DNA of 64,000 nucleotides from Antechinus flavipes (lineage: Eukaryota): the NCBI RefSeq assembly GCF_016432865.1, contig NC_067401.1, forward strand, positions 16,864,001-16,928,000. The letters are read 5' to 3'. The notes under the pieces were generated by a model. It was given only the letters and a program-made list of their open reading frames with translations, searched no databases and had not been told where the DNA came from. Numbering within the stretch: the first letter of the stretch is position 1; each line of letters starts with the position of its first letter. The translations under genes and the position numbers were made by a program. Positions 1 to 35,175 of the stretch are shown here, in pieces.

Positions 1-1399
1 GCCCAGTGCTGAGAGCAGTGTATCCACATGTCCAGACCCACTGTCTTTCAGGTGACCCTTAACTACCTCAGGTTTGAAGACCCTACATTAAGCTGGTTAC
101 TACTCACAGGGACAAACCGAGGAGGTTCAGATAAATCTTGGTGATAACTCAATTTTTGTCTCGATCCTATAACAATTTTTTGTCTATTTTGGTTTGGGGG
201 AGATGGGATTTATTTTCTTTTATTTCTTAACCTTTACCCAGATGTCCATTAGAAATATTCATGTAAATTAAGTTGATTTATCACTCTTGAGTGCCTACCT
301 TCCCAGGGCAGGTGGCCACTGGCATTTGGTTTCTTTCCAACAAGACTTTTGATTATTATAGTATTAAGGTCTTTCTTTGTATAATATGTTGTATGTGTGT
401 TTTCAATTTTTAAAATAAATATTTCAACCCAGAAGGAAAGCATCTTCATCTTTTTCCCCCATGACGGGGAGGGGTAAAGATGGGCAGCCTTTTTCCCAAG
501 GTAGCCCAGGAAAGGAGGGTGTTGGTGGTAGAGTTGGCCAAGGGGGTCTTGACCAAGGATGGGATCTATCTAATGAGGGCTTCTAAATTGACAGTGGATG
601 TGGAAGAATTACCCTGCTAGCCTGTATCTGCTATAGAGAAAAGCAGTTAAAATATAAAAATGTTTTTGAAAGTACCTAGCTGACAGGTTAATGGCGTCCA
701 AGAAAAAAGTGAGCAATAAAATCACTGGTTTCAGATGTCTGTATACAGATATATGAATTCTGATTGACCATAAAAGATGATCTTAAAGAGATCTTAAATT
801 CAGGAGGTAAATCTGATCTCAGTGGGAAATCACTACTGAGATTTTGGAGGGTAGAACTCATGACTAAAATGTTGGGTCTACTCTGTTCAAAGGGGAAAGA
901 GAAGGGAAAGAGGGAAAAGCAGTAGTGTAGCATTGTATTTGAAGAGGATATGATCCCAATAAAAACAAAGAAAATGCTTCAGATTTGGGATGAAGGTAGA
1001 GGATAAAGGTAAAAAGTGATACCATTGTGGCAGTGGCCAACAAGCCAGCCAGTCAGGGAGGGAAGAGATGAGTTCACAAAACGTCACAATCCCAGCATGG
1101 AGGTGTGCAGTGGAAGTGATGGAGGACTCCAATTGGCCCATGTCTGCTGGAGTTTGCTTTCCACCAAAACCAGAGCAGCTGATAAATTCATGACTTAAGA
1201 ATAATTTCATTTATTCTTCAAAAAATGAGACTATGTTAAAGAGAACAGTGATCCTGAACCTAATTCTGATCAACAAGGAATAACCAGCTGCTGAAGTAAA
1301 AATAATACCCAGACATTTATATGGAACTTTAAAGGTTATAAAAATGCTTTCTTCACAACAGCTTTGTGAGACAAAGAATCTAAGTAGTATTGTATGCAT

Positions 1400-1505
1400 A
1401 TCCACTTTGTAGATGAAGAAGCAAGTTCAGGAAGATGAGATATACTTAAGATCATAGAGCCGGTCAGTGTCAGGGCCTGTATTCAAGATCAGGTCTTCTG
1501 GTTCC
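1400..1505 (+). mobile_element. MIR-family SINE fragment
   Basis: CCACTTTGTAGATGAAGAAGCAAG..AAGATCATAGAG..TTCAAGATCAGGTCTTCTG resembles the CORE-SINE consensus. Degenerate. Confidence 0.55.
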
Positions 1506-3649
1506 CAGATCACAGCTGACCATTTCTGTTTGAAGATGCCATTATCCTTCACAGTCCCTCAGGGTAATTGGGTAATATTCCAATTACCTTCAGCTCCTCA
1601 TGCTTCACTTTATATTCCTAATCTTGCCCTTTCTCATCATCGCCTTCGTTGTAGTGTTCATCTTCTCAAGTATTCCAACAACCTGACCCATCTTCCAAAC
1701 TCAGGTGTCTCAGTTCTGGTCCATACTACATACTGCTGCCAAAGTGATACTCCTTAAGGTGTATCCATCCATGGTTATCCCCTCAAGTGGTTGAAGTGGT
1801 TTTCGTATGTCTTTGTAGGTGACACAGAACCGGCTCTGTTCAGTTTTTCTTAAACATCTTTACACTTGGCCCAAATTATCTTTACTATATAGCCACAACC
1901 TACCTTTCCAACATCAATGAACATCACCAACTTCCAAAATAAGACCAAACTGGCTTGGTCTGCTTCCCCGCCAGACCCTCCATCTCCTGTCTCAGTGCCT
2001 TTGCACTGATCATCCTTCATACCTCTTCCCCTCACCTCATGGAATCCCTCCCTTCCAGGGATAACTCAAACTTTACCTTGTCCAAGAAACCTTTTCTGAT
2101 TCTCTCTCCCACCCCTCCAACTCGCAGATCTCCTCTCCTAAATCCATTGTATTTATTTATACTGATCTGTGATCCTTTTGTCCATAAAACTACTCATAAG
2201 AGAACATTTCATTCACTGCATTTGTATCCCCAGGGTCTATCACAAAATAGACATACAGTAGGCACTTAATAGAAGCATGTTACTTTAAAACAGACAATAC
2301 ATTAAAATTAAATTTTTAAAAACTACTAAAGCACCATGGGAGAAATCAGGGCATTTAATTTGAAAGAAAGGGAGGGTTTGGTGGGAAATCAGTTCACATT
2401 TTGAATGTTCTCTTCACAGTAGACTGCACTCCATCATACCTCAGAAAGTTCTTCATTCTAGAAAATCACTTCAGCCCTGTAATTCACTCACACCTCCTAA
2501 GTTCCCTCTGCCCCTGGGGCCCTTCCTCTCTTTGGAGGGGAGAAAGCTTTCCAGAATCCACTGAAGGAGCATTTCCCCCCAGGATGCATTCCTTTGGACT
2601 TTATGGCTTCCCGGGCAAGCACTCCCTGCTAACACACCAATGGATCTCTGATCTCCTCAGGCCTGATGAGATTTCAGTGATAGTAGATTGCAACCCTCCA
2701 GTGCCTATTCATACTCTTTGCCTTCCGCACAAGAGGTCCTCCCATTGTGTTTGTCAGGGTTGGGGAGGAGTGGTTCTCCCTTTGAGCTCTTTGGACTATC
2801 TTTCTCCTCTTAATTCCCCAGCACAACTCCACTATGCATTTGTTCTGTATATACAGATGGAGATTATTATATGTTTGTATGTTCTAGCTGCAGGTGTGAG
2901 CCCTGATTACCTGAGGGTAATCGACGACCTCGAACCTGTCAATGAGTTAGGGAGATGTCTCCCCAAGTGTGTAAAGACTTCCCAGCCCAGTGGAATGGGC
3001 TGATGTGAACAATTTGTCCAAGAGCCATGAAGGCAGCTGAAGCAAGGGGCCGTGGAGCACTTAGAGCTTGGTCAGGTATTGAAGGGGCCACATCCTGGGC
3101 CATCTCTGGTTGTCTTGATTTTTTGTCCTGCTACTGGAATTTAATGACTCTGGAAGACAGAATGAGGCTTGACGACTTGGTGCAGCTCTGCACAGATCCA
3201 ATTCAAAGACAAATCACTTCATGACGTTATTGGTCTTCAAAAATAAAGGATGAATGACATCACGACTCCGTCTCAGACTATAGGCTAATCTGTGGCATTC
3301 ATGTTGGAATTGGGCAGAGAGGATTTTACAGTTCAGAGGCAGGATCCCATGGCCTCTAATTTTGCAGGGGGAAAAAAAAAGCCCCCAAAGGAGGAAAACT
3401 CTCAAGAATGAAATTCTGAGTACAAATTATCCCATGAAAAAATGGGGAGCTCTTTTGAGAAACCATCGTGACTGCACAGGAAATTCGGTGAGCAACATGT
3501 ATATTTATGAGCCATGAAGAGAAGATAGAAGCAAAGCTAGGTAACTGAGGCTCAATAGGATATTATATAGCACAGCAAACATTGATGAAGTCCTAGGCAA
3601 AGCACAATTTTTGAATGATACAATCCTGTAAGAATTAGAAAGGCTGTTA

Positions 3650-3910
3650 TGTGGAAGGAGGATTATACATGTCAAAGACTAGGACTAAAATTGGTGAAAA
3701 GAGATTGTAAAGAGAAAAATTCAGGCTTGGTATAAGGAAAAACTTCCTAACAAATAGGATTCTCCAAAAGTGAAGTCAGGCTGCTTTGGGAAGTAGTGAG
3801 TTTGCTGTACTGCCTAAAGGTATGACCACTTCCTGGGCACGTTCTGAAGGAGACTGGCCCAGATTAGCTTCTAAGATCCTTTCCAGCTCTGAGTTTCTAT
3901 GGTTCTGTCA
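3650..3910 (+). mobile_element. CR1/L3 LINE 3' end fragment
   Basis: AGGAAAAACTTCCTAACAA..TGGGAAGTAGTGAGTT..GATCCTTTCCAGCTCTGAGTTTCTATGGTTCT is a typical L3 tail. Confidence 0.6.
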
Positions 3911-4329
3911 AAAGCATGAAATCTCCAAACGCATTAGGGCCAGCAAGGAATGAAAAGTACAACAAGAGGGTTTCTATGGCTTGTCTTGGGACAAGAGGGA
4001 GACCAAAATGGAGCTGGACGTCCTGTGGGTTGAACTTCTCCAATTTTCTTTGATCTGTTTTCTTTGTCAGAGAAGAGAATCTTTGGACTAGAAAGGCAAT
4101 ATGGTCAACAGGCAGAAGAACCAGCAGACCGCCTAATTGCCCTTGATGGCACATCAATGTCTGTGTCAATGCCACTGGGATTCAAGAGGCCCCTGAAAAA
4201 AACCAGCAATTGTGCAGGCTGAGTTGTCTGTAGCAGTCTTTGAAAGTGTTGATACTGGAGAGGCTGATCTCTCCATTTTCTAGAAAGGAAAAGACTATTG
4301 TTCAAACTATAAACCAGAGAGCCTGGCTT

Positions 4330-4560
4330 CTATTCCTGGAAAACCATGAGAACGTGTTATTACAGGGATGATTTGCTGACATTTAGAAAGTGAGGTTGTC
4401 ATGACCGACAAATGCCGTGGGCTTCTCAAGAACAGGTTATAGCCACCCTCATTTCCTATTCTGAAAGCCTTGGAAACTGCTAGATCAAAAAAGAATGTTA
4501 TAGATAAAATACAACTGGATTTCAGAAAGTCCCTTAACCCTTCTTCGTGGTAACTTTGTG
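4330..4560 (+). mobile_element. CR1/L3 reverse transcriptase remnant
   Basis: Degenerate match to the CR1 RT segment: CATTTAGAAAG..GGGCTTCTCAAGAACAGGT..CTCATTTCC and ATAGATAAAATACAACTGGATTTCAGAAAG (IDKIQLDFRK, compare VDIVYLDFSK). Confidence 0.55.
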
Positions 4561-6033
4561 AATGACAGAAAGAGAGGTGGGCCAGGACCAGTTGGATAGT
4601 TTTGAGAACTAGCCGAATGACCGACTCCAAACAGGACTGAGGTCAGCGGGGGGTGGAGAGAGAACCAACAATTAAAGTCTCTGCCCAATTTCATGGGGAC
4701 TCACAGCTGCCCAGAGTGATTTATTATTCCCAGGGATGAAGGAACAAGTAGAACATTCTGACAGTGCCATTTGTTAGGGTAGCAAGCTAGGGACCAAGCC
4801 TGGGGAGTCCCGATAGAGGGGGTTGAAAGCATGGTTTGCAGGTTCCCAGGATTTCTTCTGTGCAGCTAAGAGCAGGAGTTAGCAAGAGTGATCCCGGGAC
4901 CTGGAGAAGCTGAGAGTATGGTTAATGCCAGGCCGAAGTGGGGAAGTGTGGGAAGGAGTGTGTGAGGTGCAGGTCCCTGGACGTTGGAGAGTGAATCCAA
5001 GTGAAGATGCAGCCTGGGGGCAGGGGCCGGCCTGAGACCAGGCCCCGCCAACCCCCAAACACAAGCAGTGAAGACGCGCTGCTGCCTCTGCCCGGTGCAC
5101 TTCTGAGCCCCCAGCATTCAGCACCAAAGCCAAAAAAACCCCAGGGGTGCAAGTGGCCCCTGGGCCAGGGAGCGAGGGAGGCTACAAGCCACAGAGCAAA
5201 CTCAAAATCCACAGACGTCCAACAAGGGGCCAAAAGTAAAGACATGAAACCGGATGGAGGTGAGGGTAAACTCTCCACGGGAAGCCAAATAAATTAGCGG
5301 CCTAAGTACAGAACAGAAGCGTCAACAGTTCACGTGAAAACAATCTGAGAATTTTCGATGAAAAGCGGCTCAACGTGAGCCAGGTAATGGCGGCCCAGAA
5401 TGTCAGGTCATTTAAGCCCAGGCTGCAGGGGCAGAGGATGTGTGCCCAGGGACAGACTTGTATTTACACACACACACAGAATAAGGACAAAAGGTAGCTT
5501 AGAGAAGCCTTGGGAAGGCCGCAGGACTTGTCTTCCATCCTCCAAAGAGCTGCCTGTGAAAAACGGACCGACTGCCTCTGCTTGTCCCTTGAGGGCGGCA
5601 GCCGAGTGTGGGCACCAGAAAGGGGACCAGAGCTGGGCTGAGGGGCTTCCCCCGGCCCTTGTCTCTAAGCAAAGATCAGGTAAGGCCTTGTCCCGTTATA
5701 GCGGAGGGGATCCCTCGTCAGGCCAGGGTCAGGCTTCAGGGGCTCCGAGGGGCTTCGGCGCCGAGGCCGGGAGGAAGCAGTTCTTTAAACAGCCCCGTAT
5801 TTTTCTTTGAGGTCTCGGGTCTGTGTGTACGGGGTTGGTTGGTACACGCAGAGCAGGATGCTTCAGAAACGGGGCGATTCGGTGTGGCTTGTTCAGTGCT
5901 GCCCAGGGGGACAGACGCCAGCCCTTCAGACCCTGCAGCGGAGCGCGCTTCTCAGGCTCTCTCCGATGGCCCCGCACCCACCGCTGACCGGGTGGGACTT
6001 CCCAGGGGGCAGGGCAGGCCGCCTCCCACCACC

Positions 6034-6221
6034 CAGGGGCCCTCAAACTTCTTACATAGGGGGCCAGTTCCCTGTCCCTCAGACTGTTGGGGGGCCGGAC
6101 TAGAGTAAAAACAAACACTTGGCTTTGTGGGCCTTTAAATAAACTTCCTAGCCCTGGGCGAGGGGGACAAACGTCCTCAGCCGCTGCCACTGGCCCGCGG
6201 GCCGCAGTTTGAGGACCCCTG
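6034..6221. mobile_element. 188-bp non-autonomous hAT (Charlie-group) MITE, OC1/OposCharlie1-like
   Basis: 16-bp terminal inverted repeats CAGGGGCCCTCAAACT (6034-6049) and AGTTTGAGGACCCCTG (6206-6221), one mismatch. The internal sequence (GGGGGCCAGTT..TGTCCCTCAGACTGTTGG..GGGCCGGACTA..GGGCCTTTAAATAA) matches the dasyurid OC1 MITE as I recall it. No 8-bp TSD is preserved. Confidence 0.8.
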
Positions 6222-7095
6222 AGTACTTTTTCCCCAAGAGAGGGAGCCTAAGAGCAAAGCGGAGACGTTTCATTTCTATGCGCGTGGAATCCTCGTGGGG
6301 GCCAGCGGGCGAAGGGGCTCAGCGTGGGCCGCGGGTGTCCCCGGGGGCTCCGCGGCAGTGGATGGGGCTCCTGGGTACCAAGGCAGCCTCAGTCTGTGCA
6401 CCCTGAGCAAGCCTCCCAGCTCTTTGTCTCAGCCCCTTCGGGACGGCCCTTCCCTCGCGGGGCTGCAGACGGCAGCGGTGGGGACTGCGGAGCGCCCGGC
6501 ACTAGGCTATTGTTCCTGGGGCCTCTGCGGGGGAAGCAGGCGGGTGGATCTGGGAGGGTGATGGCGCCTCACGTGTGGGATGGGGGAGGGGAGCGCGCGG
6601 GAGGTTGCGTGTCCGCGTTTACCGGGTAATGCCCGTCTGCCTGTGGGCCTTTTATGCGTTATGGGGGGGCTGCCACCGACTGGGTGCGTGTGCGGTGAGT
6701 GTGAGCGATTAGAACGTGCTGCGTGTGAATGGGTGTGGGGGAGCCGTACACGGGGAGGGGGGAGTGTGCGTTCAACGCTGATGCTGGCAGTGGGGGTGGG
6801 TAACGCCGGAGGCCGACCGGGGTCCCCAGGAGGGGCGTGGGCGTGTGCGCTTGCGCGGAGCTTCGCGGGCTCGAACGTGCCGAGCTCCTAGTGTTGGGAA
6901 GGGGCCGCGTTTCTCCCGATCGGATCGAGGCGCCCTGCGGTTGCCTAGCAACCGGCCGGCTCCTGTCCCCGCCCGGCTCCGCCGCCGGGCCGGGGCAGGG
7001 GCCGGGCGTGGGCCCCAGTCGCGCACGCCGTGACGCTGCGCGCCGGCGCGGTGCACGCTGGGATATTTAAGCCCTCCCCGCGGCGCGGAGCCGCG

Positions 7096-20677
<13,582 letters not shown>

Positions 20678-22191
20678 CTTGTCCTGCCCCATCCCCCACC
20701 CTTACCCCCACCCCCGGCTCCTGCTGTGAAGAGCCTCGGCCCTGCCCCCATTTTTGTACAGCAAGCCCACCCCAGCCCCCGCCCCCACTTGTCAGCAGCA
20801 GCTGCCGCGAGGTGGCCGCCCTGGAAGTGGGGGGGAGACAAACCCTTTTTACTTGAACACTTCCACTGCTGAAACTGGAGAAACTTGTGTACATATCGTC
20901 AGCCTTGCCTTGCCTTTCCTGACTCGTCTCCTTGTTGTGTGTGTCCGTCAGCTTGGCCAAGGACCCCCTGCTTCCTGCCCCCCCAAGCCAGCCACATGCA
21001 GCCCCCGGTCCCGGGGAGGGCTCGGCCCTGAGCCTCCCAGCCCTCCTCCCGCTCCGTGGGGTGGATCCTGCTCCTTGAACTTTGCCCCCTCCCCCCTCCC
21101 CAGGGAGGTCTTCCTTTTCTTGGTGTCGGTCTGGCTTGAGTTTTGCCTTGGAGAAGCCTCCGGGAAGGCTCTCCCCGCTGCGCTGCCCTTTCTCCCCCCG
21201 GAGGAGAGCGATGTTTTAGCGCAGTCCTCCCTTTGCCAGTGTAGCTCTTACAACCTCAGGGGTTGGAGGAAGCCGCGTTCGCCAGCAGGGGAGCGGGACA
21301 GACGGCGCCGCTGCTCTCGGCTTCCCTCCTCCCCCCGTGTCGTTTTTGTTTTCTGGGTTTGTCTGTATAAAGCTGTGTCCTGTCAGTGTTGCTGTCTGAT
21401 GCTCATTGAATCGAGTTTGGAGGAAAATTTTGACTTGTGTGAGTGGCGGCATGTTGGTAGTGCCGGACTTGATGTTAAAAGCTTTCTGGGGCCCAGGAAT
21501 TTCCCACAGAGACTGGACCCACTCAATTGGATGTGGAATGTGGCCATGAGATGCTGCACGTGCTGAGTGACTCCTGAATTTCCAAACAGTGTTTTGACTT
21601 GAAGGGATGGCAGCCCAGGAAGGAATAAGGCCCAGGGGACAGGGTACCATGAATGTAAGCAGAGATTCCCCCCCTTGCTTTGGGCTCCCCTACACACACA
21701 CACACGCACGCACCCCTTAGTGATCTCACAGTAGAGCAGGGTACCCCCAAATTAGGGGAGGGGATAGTCTTAATTTAACTACTGGATTATATACCTTTCT
21801 AGGGTTTGGGGGGAAAGGGAGGGAGAGGAAGGTCACCAGGAAGGTCTCGTATTCACTATCTGTCCAAGGCCCTCTCCAGCCCCAGCTTCGGTAAGGAGGA
21901 CCCGTGCTCCGGGGAGCCTCCTGGGTCCTTTGGGCCAAGGAAAGTCCCATCGAATAAAACAAGCGGCAAGCTGTGCGCGTAGCCAGCCTTCCGAATCCCA
22001 CTTGCTCCAGACGAGGGATTTGCCCTATCCTCTCTTTAACCAATTCAGCCCAGAGCCCCCTCTCCCTGGCCCAGGAGCCTTGCTGCTATGCCATCACTTT
22101 TGGGAGAAGCGTGAATGTGTGTGGGTGATTTGCCTAAGTCTAAATTTAAGAAAAAGAAAAAAAAGAAATATTTAAAACATTTTTTTAACAA

Positions 22192-22204
22192 AATAAAATT
22201 TATT
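22192..22204. terminator. Back-to-back polyadenylation signals (AATAAA on + for POM121, AATAAA on - for NSUN5)
   Basis: Sequence AATAAA-A-TTTATT with A/U-rich flanks on both sides. It is the first canonical minus-strand hexamer after the NSUN5 stop. Confidence 0.55.
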
Positions 22205-22960
22205 TTTATATTTAAGCTAAATTGCCTTTTGAATTCCTTCAAGCTTGGTTCATTGAGGCTGTGAGAAAGTACGAAGCTGTTGTCCAGAAATTAGCTGAGC
22301 AGTTAGATCTGGGGGAAGAGGGAGGGCTCCCTCAAGACTCCCTCTTCACCCAGGAAATCGTTCTGTAAAATGTACTCGATTCTTTTCTAATAATGTGATG
22401 TATGTGAATGTGGCGGGCAAGGTTTCCCCCTGTGATAGCAGCTCTGGTGGTTGCAGTTTGGGAGGCGGGAGTGGGAAGGGCCTGGGCTCCAAACTAAGTC
22501 TGTGCCCCAGCCACTGTTCAGTCCCACGAGGACCCCGAGTGAAAAGCAAGCGGGGTCTTTGGGGGAAAGCTGAAATCAGGTCAAAGCAGCCTTCCCATGG
22601 CAGTGGTGGGAGCAGGAAGCCCGGCTACAGCAACAGCCCAGAGGTCTGCCCACGTCTGCCCACGCAGCCCCCGGCCTCGGACCTGTGCGGGGTCAGGAAC
22701 GGGAGACAACTTTCCACGGGATGCTGTTCCTGTTGAGTCTGGTGGGAATTTAGTGTGAATGTGCAATTTTTTTTTCCTTGCTTCTTATAATGTCATTGAT
22801 TTAAAAAATAAACAAAACTGTGATCTCCAGTGGACTCGTGTCTTTTTTTTCCCCCACGGGGGTAGGGGCAGAATAAAGGAATGCTCCGGAAGACGAGTGG
22901 GCAGTTGCTCCCAACCTTGAAGGTCCAGTGGAGAGGCAGGGGAGGAGGAGCACAGCACGG

Positions 22961-26680
<3,720 letters not shown>

Positions 26681-26964
26681 GGGTTTCCTCCGGCTCCGGT
26701 TCCTGGGTACCCCACGTGGCTGCCCCAACTACTGCGCAGACGCACCACGCCGCCTCGCCCGGATTGGGCCTGCCAGATCGTGGTCCCGCCCCGTTCTCGT
26801 GTCTCCTTGGCCGGCATTTTCTGGCTCCGCCCACCGCCCTGGCTCAGTCCCGCCCTCCGCCTCCCTAGAGTAGCTCCTGACTTTAGCATTGGAAGAACTC
26901 TCAGAAGGCGGCTCTGCTTTTCAGCGCAAAGTCGGTGACATCATTTGCTTAAGGGGACGCAAGT

Positions 26965-27155
26965 AATAATTGTGGAACTACGTATAGAAGAATTGCACAT
27001 GTGTAACATTGTCACACTTGCCATCTAGGGGAGCGGGGGAGGGGCAGGGAAGGAAAAATCGGAACACGAGGTTTTGCGAGGCTGGTTGTTGAAAATTACC
27101 CTGCGTGTGGTTTGAAAACAAACAACTTTAATCAAAAAAAAAAAAAAAAAAAAAA
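26965..27155 (+). mobile_element. L1 3'UTR/poly(A) fragment just upstream of NSUN5
   Basis: TTGCCATCTAGGGGAGCGGGGGAGGGG..AAAAATCGGAACACGAGGTTTTGC..AAAATTACCCT followed by A22 (27134-27155), a marsupial-type L1 tail. Confidence 0.75.
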
Positions 27156-28469
27156 GATGTTGCAGAGGCGAAATCCACCGGATTCTACAGCCATGGATCT
27201 GGAAGGCAAGAGATGCCCCAAGTGAAAGTCTGGAAAACTCATTCCCTTCGTACTGGAAAGATGCCCTTCATTCCTCGGGTTTCCAGCCTGAATCTTCTCA
27301 CTCCTTCTGCCAATTTGGGACCCAAAGGGTCATGGGATCTTAGATGTAAAAGCCCCCTGGGCCCATCTCCCAATTTTACAGATGAGAAAACTGAGGCCCA
27401 GAGTGGTGGATGGACTTGCCCGAGTTTCGCCAAGCAGGGATGGGAACCTGCTTTCTCTGGCCTAGCGCTCTTCCCACAGCCGAGATACGACCGTCATCCC
27501 GGGGTCGGAGTGACCTGGTGCATCGGCCGTCACTAGCTCAGTCTCAGCCCTGAGCCAGCTCTGATGCCATCGCTTTAGGTCACCCCGCCCCCCCAGCCTG
27601 CGCCCCCATGCACCGGAAGCCTTTGTTGTTGTTGTGCTTCCTCCTTGAAGACCATGACGTAGACCTCAAGGAGGGGATGCCGGACGTGCGAGGGAACTGG
27701 ATTGGAGGGAGGGTGGGCTGGGCAAGGCCACCTGCTCAGTTTCCCCTCCAGAGCCCTCTGCGTCCAAGGGCCAGATATAGATCAAGATGAATGGAGATGG
27801 CCCCGGATGCAACACAGAACGCTCCCTAGGTGCAGACGGCACCAACAGGAGGATGCCTTGCTCTCAGGGAGCCCATTCTCTGACAGCCAAAGGGTTTGGC
27901 AGCAGAAAGCCCACGGCAGTCAGCGGCACCACCCTCCCCGGGCCTTGCTCCGTCGAGCTTCCGGGCTTTCTAAAACGTGCCTGTGCCTCGGGAAAAGCTG
28001 GCCCCTGGAAGCCTTCCCTGAGGCTGGCAGCCCACACGGGGGTCGCAGTGCTTACACTGCCCGCCTCGGAGGATGGGGCTTTAAGGGCTGCCAGAGGGAT
28101 TATTTTTGTTTAATAAAATAATTGGGAGAGAATTATGAGTGTCGCCTATATCACAGTGAATAGAGAAGAGGAGCTGCCGGGGGCACCTGTGCTCCCACTC
28201 TTTTCTGGAACATCTTTCTATTCTGTCAGTCAACAAGCATTTATTAAGCACCCACTGTATGTCAGGCTCTGGTCTGGGCTCTGGGGATACAAGGAAACAG
28301 GCTCTGCCCTTGGAGAGCTTACATCCCATCAGGGAATGCCTCGAGTCATTTTATTTTAGCAGATACAAGAGTGAATCAAGAAATCTGATTTTTAGGAGGA
28401 GTCAACTCCAAACCATGAGAGATCAGTTGCTAGAGCCTCCTCCTCGGGGACAATGTCACTTCTTTTTCT

Positions 28470-28930
28470 TTCTTTTTTTCTTAAATCGTTTTTTTTTTTT
28501 TTTTTGATTATGCATGTAAATTCATTTTTTTATCTATTTCCACAAGAGTCACGTTGGGAGAGAAAAATCAGAACAAAAGAAAGGAAAAAAACACAGAAGA
28601 AAAAAAAGGTAAAAATCGCATGCAACTGATTCACACTGAGGCTCAGGGGTCTCTCTCTGGACGCGATTTCCATATGAAGTTTATTGGGATTGTCTGAAAG
28701 ACTGAGAAGAACCGAGTCTCGTACCGTGTACAGTGTTTTCCTGGTTCTGCTCGCTTCACTCAGCATCAGTTCATGTAAATCTTGCAGACTTTTCTAAAAT
28801 CAGTCTATTCATCATTTTTATAGAATAATAACATACCCTTACTTTCCTACACCGTAACTTAATGGGCCGTTCCCCAGTTATGGGCATCCACTTAGTTACA
28901 GACGCCGCTTCCAGCGCCCTGTAAGCTGTC
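28470..28930 (-). mobile_element. L1 3' fragment
   Basis: A poly-T tract then CCTGGTTCTGCTCGCTTCACTCAGCATCAGTTCATGTAAATCTT, the antisense L1 3' region also seen at about 34790 and 54900. Confidence 0.75.
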
Positions 28931-28984
28931 AGCCTGAAGGTGGTGCCATGGCCCGGGCCTGCGGGGGAGGAGGAGACCGGACAC

Positions 28985-34361
<5,377 letters not shown>

Positions 34362-34439
34362 CTAGAAGTCGGCCACAGGGCAGCTCCCCAAGAGCACCAC
34401 ATGGGAGAGAGGTAAGGACCCACGTGACCCTTCCCCAGT

Positions 34440-34920
34440 TTAAACCTTACTTTATATTTTAATATATTTTTTAAAACTTATTTTATTATTTGTTTTGTTT
34501 TGTTTTGCTTTTAATTTATTTTTTAACACACATTGCTTCATGAATCATGTTGGGAAAGAAAAATCAGAGCAAAAGGGAAAAGTTATGGAAGAGATAAAAA
34601 AACAGAAAAAAGAAGTGAACAGAGCACGTATTGATTTCTATTCAGTCTCCTTAGTTCCTTTTCTGGATGCAGATGCATTTTCTGTCCAAAGTCTGCTGGG
34701 ATTGCTTTGGATCGCAGAACCACTGAGAAGAACCGAGTCTTTCACAGTTGATCAAAGTACACTCTTGCTGTTACCGTATACAGTGTATTCCTGGTTCTGC
34801 TTGTTTCACTCAGAATCTGTTCAAGTAAATCTTTCCAGACTTTTCTAAAATCAGCTTGTTCATTACTTTTTATAGAACAATAATATTCCATTACCTTCAT
34901 AACCACATTTTAATATACTT
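34440..34920 (-). mobile_element. L1 3' fragment upstream of the first TRIM50 coding exon
   Basis: T-rich tail then GAATCATGTTGGGAAAGAAAAATCAGAGCAAAAGGG..CCTGGTTCTGCTTGTTTCACTCAG..ATAGAACAATAATATTCCATTAC. Confidence 0.75.
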
Positions 34921-35019
34921 TTAATACTCACTATGGATAGTAGATAGAACTCTCTGGATTTGGAGTCAGGAAGATTTGAGTTCAAATACTACTTCGACAT
35001 TTACTATGATATAATTCTG

Positions 35020-35175
35020 TTTTTTGTTTTTTGTTTTTTTTTTTTTTTGTTTTTTTGCTGAGGCAAGTGGGGTTAAGTGACTTGCCCAAGGTCACACAGC
35101 CAGGAAGTATTAAGTGTCTGAGGCCCTCCTGACTTCAGGCCTGGTGCTCTAACTACTGCACCACCTAGCTGCCCC
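35020..35175 (-). mobile_element. WSINE1-type marsupial SINE nested in a MIR, with a 15-bp TSD
   Basis: (T5-6G)n tail, then GAGGCAAGTGGGGTTAAGTGACTTGCCCAAGGTCACACAG..GCACCACCTAGCTGCCCC. TSD TATGATATAATTCTG (35005-35019) and TATGGTATAATTCTG (35176-35190). Confidence 0.85.

Noticed and set aside
1-5400. Possible 3' exons of HIP1, the eutherian neighbour upstream of POM121
   Set aside because: No HIP1-like peptide recognised in any frame. The region appears to be MIR/L2/L3 debris and unique non-coding DNA, although a UTR cannot be excluded.
7030-7095. In-frame GTG-initiated N-terminal extension of POM121 (and a similar GTG at 34304 for TRIM50)
   Set aside because: The downstream ATGs match the known N-termini. 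For POM121 the GTG lies upstream of the TATA-like element.
27638-27676. Hairpin CCTCCTTGA..TCAAGGAGG (9-bp stem, 17-nt loop)
   Set aside because: Several stems of this size are expected by chance in 64 kb, and there are no miRNA or snoRNA hallmarks.
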